DNA from: Syncephalis fuscata S228
Lineage: Eukaryota > Fungi > Zoopagomycota
Assembly: GCA_025786725.1 (NCBI GenBank)
Contig: JAHLTZ010000003.1
Location: 806,001 to 870,000, forward strand
Length of the DNA stretch: 64,000 nucleotides
Reading direction: 5' to 3'
Positions 58,109 through 64,000 of this stretch are shown in pieces (positions within the stretch are counted from its first letter, which is position 1; every line of letters starts with the position of its first letter). The notes below the pieces were generated by a model. That model worked only from the letters and a program-made list of their open reading frames with translations. It made no database searches and had not been told where the DNA came from. Both the position numbers and the translations under genes were made by a program.

Positions 58109-58602
58109 ACGAACCGCCACATGCGTGTCTGATAGAATGGCCATATCAGCAGCAGCTAATTATTGAATTGGGTCGTTTGATTCGTCAGTAGGTAATTTGT
58201 CATTAAATGCAGTTAAAGGGTGTACATATTGTCTTCGTCGCTTGGCTGGTGGAATCGTCTTTCGTATAAGTGTCGCCATAAGCATTCATTTCCAATTATA
58301 GAAGTATATAGTCGCCGGCAAGTAAATGCTATTCGCAGCGCTGTCTGTTCATCACAATAAAACCCAAGCACGTTTTGTAACACTTCGGGTGGTAGCCGTG
58401 CTAAACGAGAGCGATCAGCTAGCGGTTTACGCTCCATCTCTTTGTCAAGCAGATCATGACTGCCATCGATCAGCCAATTTAGCATGCAAGTAGCGGAAGA
58501 CATAATAGAAATAGTTACAGCTACTACTCTGTTACTTTTCTATAGAAAAGACAAATTATAAAACAATCCTGAAATCAAAGTATTCAATACACTATAAAAA
58601 CG
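58109..58602 (-). pseudogene. Truncated, internally deleted duplicate of the F-box gene at 51991-54217 (retains a 96-aa F-box-only ORF, 58213-58503)
   Basis: 58231-58602 near-identical to 53945-54317; 58109-58228 are diverged fragments matching ~53676-53710 and ~53380-53465. Confidence 0.85.
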
Positions 58603-60181
58603 GTTATGGTTAATTTTTATTAGATTGTGAATTACTACAGCTAATTTATAGCTAAAACGTAAATAAAGTATTATTAGAAATATTTTGACATTATTAATGT
58701 AATTACTTAATAAGAATGTTAGTTCAAAACCTTAATTGACCTAATATTACACTGTTGATTGACAGCGATAATAGCAGTTTTGTATTAGATGACATTATTG
58801 TGATTTTTTAAATTGTTTGTCTTTATTCTTAGCAATGATATAATGTTTGGATCAGAAAATTAAAAGTATTGGCGGTAATTGTACTACAAAGATAAATACG
58901 TCGTTGATATATTTGACTAAAGATGTGTTAATGACGATTAAAATTTACTTTAAATGATGGCACACAATTATTATGTCCACTAAAATTGATATGATGACAT
59001 TTTATGGGGCTAATTAAACAATTATTCCATATAACTGATTGGCCGGTAGATGATGTAATACATGCTTTGTTGATGAAATTATTTAATTTGAAAGTAGGAT
59101 GTTATTATTAAATTATTATTTTTTACAGTCCACCATTTTCCAATCATCAATTGTAATAAAAAACATTACTTGGTTATCATCACAGTCACTATTATTACAA
59201 TGATACAACTTTTACGTCAAGTAGGTGTACGAATACTTATTGCTGCCATAATGAGTGTTTCATAACATCTAAACACTCTATTTTACTTCATATTAACCAT
59301 TTAATACTTTCCACAACAGACATTTTTCTTTATACTTCAATTTATAAAAACATGGTTTTATTTTAAATGTTGTTTATATTGAATATAAATCAACGATCGA
59401 ATGTTTACCCATACGTTAAATTTTTGCATCGCTAGTTTATTAAACGAATAACCAAATAGAAGCTATTAATACTAAATTCATTGGTTATTAATTACCATAA
59501 TTTAGTTATAATAAATTAAATAGCTTTTATTGTAATGAATGGCTATTCTTTACAAGATAATCGTGCAAAAATACTTATGCAAGTTTTTTCCATGGTTGTT
59601 TTAATTTAATCTCCATAAGCTTTACACGACTGTATTAAATAAAACGTTATTTTTATTTTTATATATTATTTTACGGTTGTTACAATTACTGCTTTTATTA
59701 ATATGGAATAAAGTTATTATTTTATAGTAAACATATTACAAAGCAATCATGTTTCATTATTAGCTATTTTATTATTAAATTAATGGTATTAGTTTATATG
59801 ATCGTATTTTTGTAATCAGCAAGTATTTATTTGTCATATCTTCGTTAGCTGTTATTGCGAGTAGTTAGTGCTAGTATTCGATACATGTATTATTCATGTA
59901 ACTTTTCACATGTGTAACAGATAATTCAGCCACGTGATGTACTTTTAGTCATATTATCATAACAATATGACTAAGATATTGAGATCATGGCAATATTGTC
60001 ATGGCTGAGACATATTGATAACAGATGTTACAGATTGGAGCTCCACACAACATATATGCCCATACTATTTGACCCTTAATAAGGATATACAACTTTACCG
60101 CTATTCCCTTTGCTTGTACATTGCGACACTGTTATTTTAAATTTATTGCTAGTACCGTGCGCAGACCCGTTCATAGCAGTA

Positions 60182-62061
60182 ATGGTACAAATTCTTACAG
60201 AAGACGAAGAAGCACGCTTTGAACAGCTTTGTTTTGCCTGCAAAACTGGCAATTTAGAGCTGGTCGAAAGGTAGGCTATATGGAAAGCACCGATGCTTTT
60301 AGCTAATTTAGATTACTCCATAGCTTGGTCAGTAATTATGCGGTACCTATCAATCGTGAAGATCGCTGGCAGTGTGTACCATTGTATTATGCATGTTTGG
60401 TGGACATTACAGCTTGTGCGAATTTTTACTAAATAATGGCGCCATCTGCGATCCTCATACTTTTCAGGGAGAACGTTGTTTATACGGTGCATTAACAGAT
60501 AGTGTACGCCAGCTACTTAAAAAGCATCGTTTAACTAAAGGAGTCAGCGAAACGCGACCTTTCCTAGCGTTTATGAGGCAAATACTTGCCCAGGCAGATA
60601 CCGGCAAAAGCTATCCTGACCTAAGAATTCGTTTTATTGAAAAACAGCCAGCGATAGAATCTTCGGGCAAGAAAACTGCTATTTGGGCTCATCGTGTGAT
60701 ATTAGCCGCTAGATCATCATGGTTTGATAGAGTTATTGTAGAACATGCTAAGCCAATAGCAAAACAAGACTTGCCAGATGATATGAGCGATAATGCTTGG
60801 GATTTATGCTTTACTGTTGATGAGCAAGAGTACTATAGCAAAGACAAACACCCGCTACTTTTACCAATGGTACATTTGCATTGTTTGCAAGCTGCTTTAC
60901 ACTACCTTTACACTGGCGATACAGTAGTACGTCCACAGTCTACACTGGCTGGTACGGCAGTGCCCGTTGGGCTACAAAGGATGATGTTGCATTTCTGTGA
61001 ACATATTCAGCTAGAAGAATTAGCAACTGCTTATCGTTTAGAACTGGGATTAGCCATAGCAAAAACAACCAACAAAACGGCTATAGTAGGTGCTACTGAA
61101 GAACAAACGCGACAACTTCAAATGGATTTGGAAAACTTTGTCAAAATCGCATTTTGGATAATAGACAACCAGCATACGAAGATATTATTGTGAATGCTTA
61201 TGGATTTCAGTATCCAGCACACAGAGTATTTTTCTGTACACGATGTGATTATGTAAAGACTTTGTTAGAAGGCGCACTCGTAACATTTATTAATGAAGCA
61301 GTTTTTTATGATACACAAACAACTAAATCTAACAAATATATATTCGATTTACCAGCACTAGATAGCCTTGGCTTTGAAAATGCGAGTGAAGAAGTGAATA
61401 CAGCAGTTATACAGGCTTTATTTCTTTTTCTTTACACAGATCGATGCAACATTTCAGTATATGCGCTACATCCTACACTGGTTATTGCCGATATGCTTTT
61501 ACTCGAGCGACTACGTGCATTGGCAGCCATTGGTATTGCAACGCTTCCAATAACAACAGTGGACCAAGTGCTACAAGAAGCAGAGAATCAACAAACGGCA
61601 TTTTTGCTAACAACAAATACAAATCCGCTAGATTCATTACCATTTAATATATTTACGCTTTATCGCCAGGCTGCCCAATGGAGGCTAGATCGTTTGGAGC
61701 AGTGGTGTGTGCGATGGTTTGCCTCTCATTTAAGTTATGTTGCATCAATGCCTGAATTCCGCCAATTAGTGCAAGATAGTGCGGATGAAATTATTGAACG
61801 GCAGATGTCGACTCTATTGTATTAATAGATGAAATACGCTATTGGTTACAACAGTATTATAAATTCGAGTACATAAATGACGACAGTGATGATGATGATG
61901 CCGACAACGACGAAGATAATACTATTATCACTGATAACGAAGTTTGTAATAATACAAAAAAATCCGAATATTTGGCAGAACTAAATGAATGGCGTCGTGA
62001 ATATTATGAAAAAGTTACTATGCTGGAGCAAGTTGTGTCGAGTCTTGGTTTAGAAGCCTAG
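60182..62061 (+). CDS. Ankyrin repeat and tandem BTB/POZ domain protein (ABTB1/Btb3-like Cul3 adaptor); 1 intron, frameshifts near 60400, 61153, 61804
   Basis: LCFACKTGNLELV, PLYYACL-GH, LLNNGAICDPHTFQGERCLYGAL, AHRVILAARS, YPAHRVFF, FLYTD, SADEIIERQDVDSIVLIDEIRY. Confidence 0.88.
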
Positions 62062-62560
62062 TATTTTGTTTAAATCGGCAACTCTTAATATTTTATTTAT
62101 TATTTTAAATAAAAGCATGCCGTTCTGGTTTGTTAATTAATTACAAATATAAACAAATATCAATGTAAATAAAGTAATAAAATTATCAGATAGCTTACAA
62201 TTATATTTTTAATATAGTAGAAATAATACAAAATGCTATTAAATTAAGAAACCAATTTACATTGTTTAAGTTTTAGACAACTGTAGAATGGTTAAAGTAA
62301 TGTGACAAATAAATTGTAGCAGCAAGTATGGCAATGATTAGTTTATTCATGATTTTATGTGTAACAAATCGTCTAGTTAATTGAACTATGTTACATTATT
62401 AGCATATTACAACTAGCTACGCTTAATACAATTACGCTCGAATTATTTATTTAGCAATAATGTCAACGGTCCAATTAGTTTATTGTTTTAATTATTTAAT
62501 TTATTACTACCAGTAGGTTGTTTTCCAACTAACTCGAAGGGCCCGGGACGTTGGAGTTGA

Positions 62561-64000
62561 CTAGTTCGCGTGTGAAGGAGTTGGACCTTGGCACATTGGA
62601 AGGTCCTGAGATAAGCGCCGATGAAATAACTGATGTTGTCGGTTTCCACTGCACTGGCAGCTCTTCAAGTATCTTTCGCCATTCGGTAAATTTACTTTTT
62701 GAATCCAGGCATATTCGTGCAGTATAAGTATACGGTGAATGAATGGCAAATCCATAATTAATCGCTGAATTGCGGTATTTAATCCGTTGTATGCAAGCGC
62801 CTTTCCAACTGGTTCTTGTCTATTCCATATTGTTTGTTAGCGTGTTTTTATCAGATATAGGACACATCTATAATACCTGAATTATAAAGCAGTTTTCTTC
62901 GCCTTTTTTAAGATTCATAAGTATAATTTCATTGGTAAACATTAATGCAAATCCGTGTATCCATTGATTATTAAATAATGGTATTTGATAGCAAATTGGA
63001 GAAACATATAAAAGCTGGTGCTCTAATGACAATAACGGTGCTTTTAAACATGAAATATTAGATTGAATTAAAGCTATTTGTTGATGAGCCGCTAGTTTAC
63101 ACAGCCTGTAAATCAATAATAAGATGCGTATTTAATGCTATTTAGATTGTTTCATGAAAAGCCGCATCAAAGAGTGCTTACCGTGGCCATAAATCCATTG
63201 CAGTCTTTTCTAAGACGTCTAGACACGGTTTTACCATGGAGTTTACTTCACTTTCAGATGACTGTGTATTGTTTTTATAGATACTACGCAGTACACTGCC
63301 AATATGCCAAAGATGTTCCACTGCAGCTACAAAAGGCAGGTGTCTTAGCTGTTGACATGCTGCGGGTGCTTTATTTTCTAGTTGCTTTTCGTGAATGTTA
63401 TGTTAGTCTCTAGGTATAATTGTATATTCAACCATTTACCTTAATCGCTTTTCGGAGTTTTTTGTCAGTGGAATATAGATTTTCAAATGCAATTATACTG
63501 TTACTGTGGGCTTCCGCTAATTCCGAATAAATCTTCATTTGTTGAAACTAAATACGCTATAGTTAGGCTGAATAGCTTCAATATATTTGCATGTAGTCAG
63601 TTATACATACAACAGGCAATAGCTCGGTAAATATTGTCGGGGACCATGGATTGGGTGGGCATCTGAAGATTTGTATGTCATTTTCCCATTCAAAGCTGGT
63701 TTTACTGCACGGACACTTACACGCTTTTCAAAATCTCCAAACAGGATTTATATAAATCTGTGAACGGCGTTATAGTCTCAAAATACTGCTGAAATATGTC
63801 CAAGGATGCTGCAGATGCATTATAACAAATGTCTACACATTTATCTGATGTCGTGGTGTCATTACGTAGCGCAAACAACTGTAGGATATTGCGGGTGTTG
63901 GATCGTGTCGACGTTGACTGTCCCATTAGTTGATCCACATAGTGACTTTGTGTAAAATTCAATTTTCTTAAAAAATGAAGCTGCGTATCTGCTAGCTGCT
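62561..64000 (-). CDS. Divergent DH-PH (RhoGEF-like) protein, 3' part only; 3' end approximate
   Basis: Spliced exons give MKIYSELAEAHSNSIIAFENL, LPFVAAVEHLWHIGSVLRSIYK and IQSNISCLKAPLLSLEHQLLY...ALMFTNEIIL, in the order of DH helices and PH start. Confidence 0.5.

Overview
Eukaryotic, AT-rich, intron-dense genomic DNA from what looks like an early-diverging (non-Dikarya) fungus. The expanded F-box, secreted kinase-like and multi-pass membrane genes resemble Zoopagomycota such as Syncephalis (inference, no search run). The 8-42 kb core holds housekeeping genes, often in tight head-to-head pairs: PRP2/DHX16, D-2-hydroxyglutarate/D-lactate dehydrogenase, ELP1, a decayed RIT1, TFIIIC Tfc1, RPS29, an ATF-type bZIP, TCTP, MED23, an INTS6 (Integrator) homologue and a RhoGEF. 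The 42.9-58.6 kb region is repeat-rich: two long inverted copies of a non-coding block, each ending in a 185-bp tandem array, bracket pirin, a multi-pass membrane gene and an F-box gene. A truncated F-box duplicate ending at a hairpin follows, then an ankyrin-BTB gene and a divergent DH-PH gene running off the end. Main highlights: (1) minor-spliceosome (U12-type) introns, two clear AT-AC plus two GTATCCTTT GT-AG, in MED23, TFC1 and ELP1; (2) MED23 and INTS6, both absent from yeasts, sharing a ~137-bp divergent promoter; (3) RIT1 inactivated by repeated in-frame TAA/TAG stops; (4) the inverted-repeat-bounded cassette with gene-conversion-like tracts. Many ORFs are broken by single missing bases in short homopolymers, most likely long-read consensus errors. 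Gene coordinates are manually spliced spans including introns.
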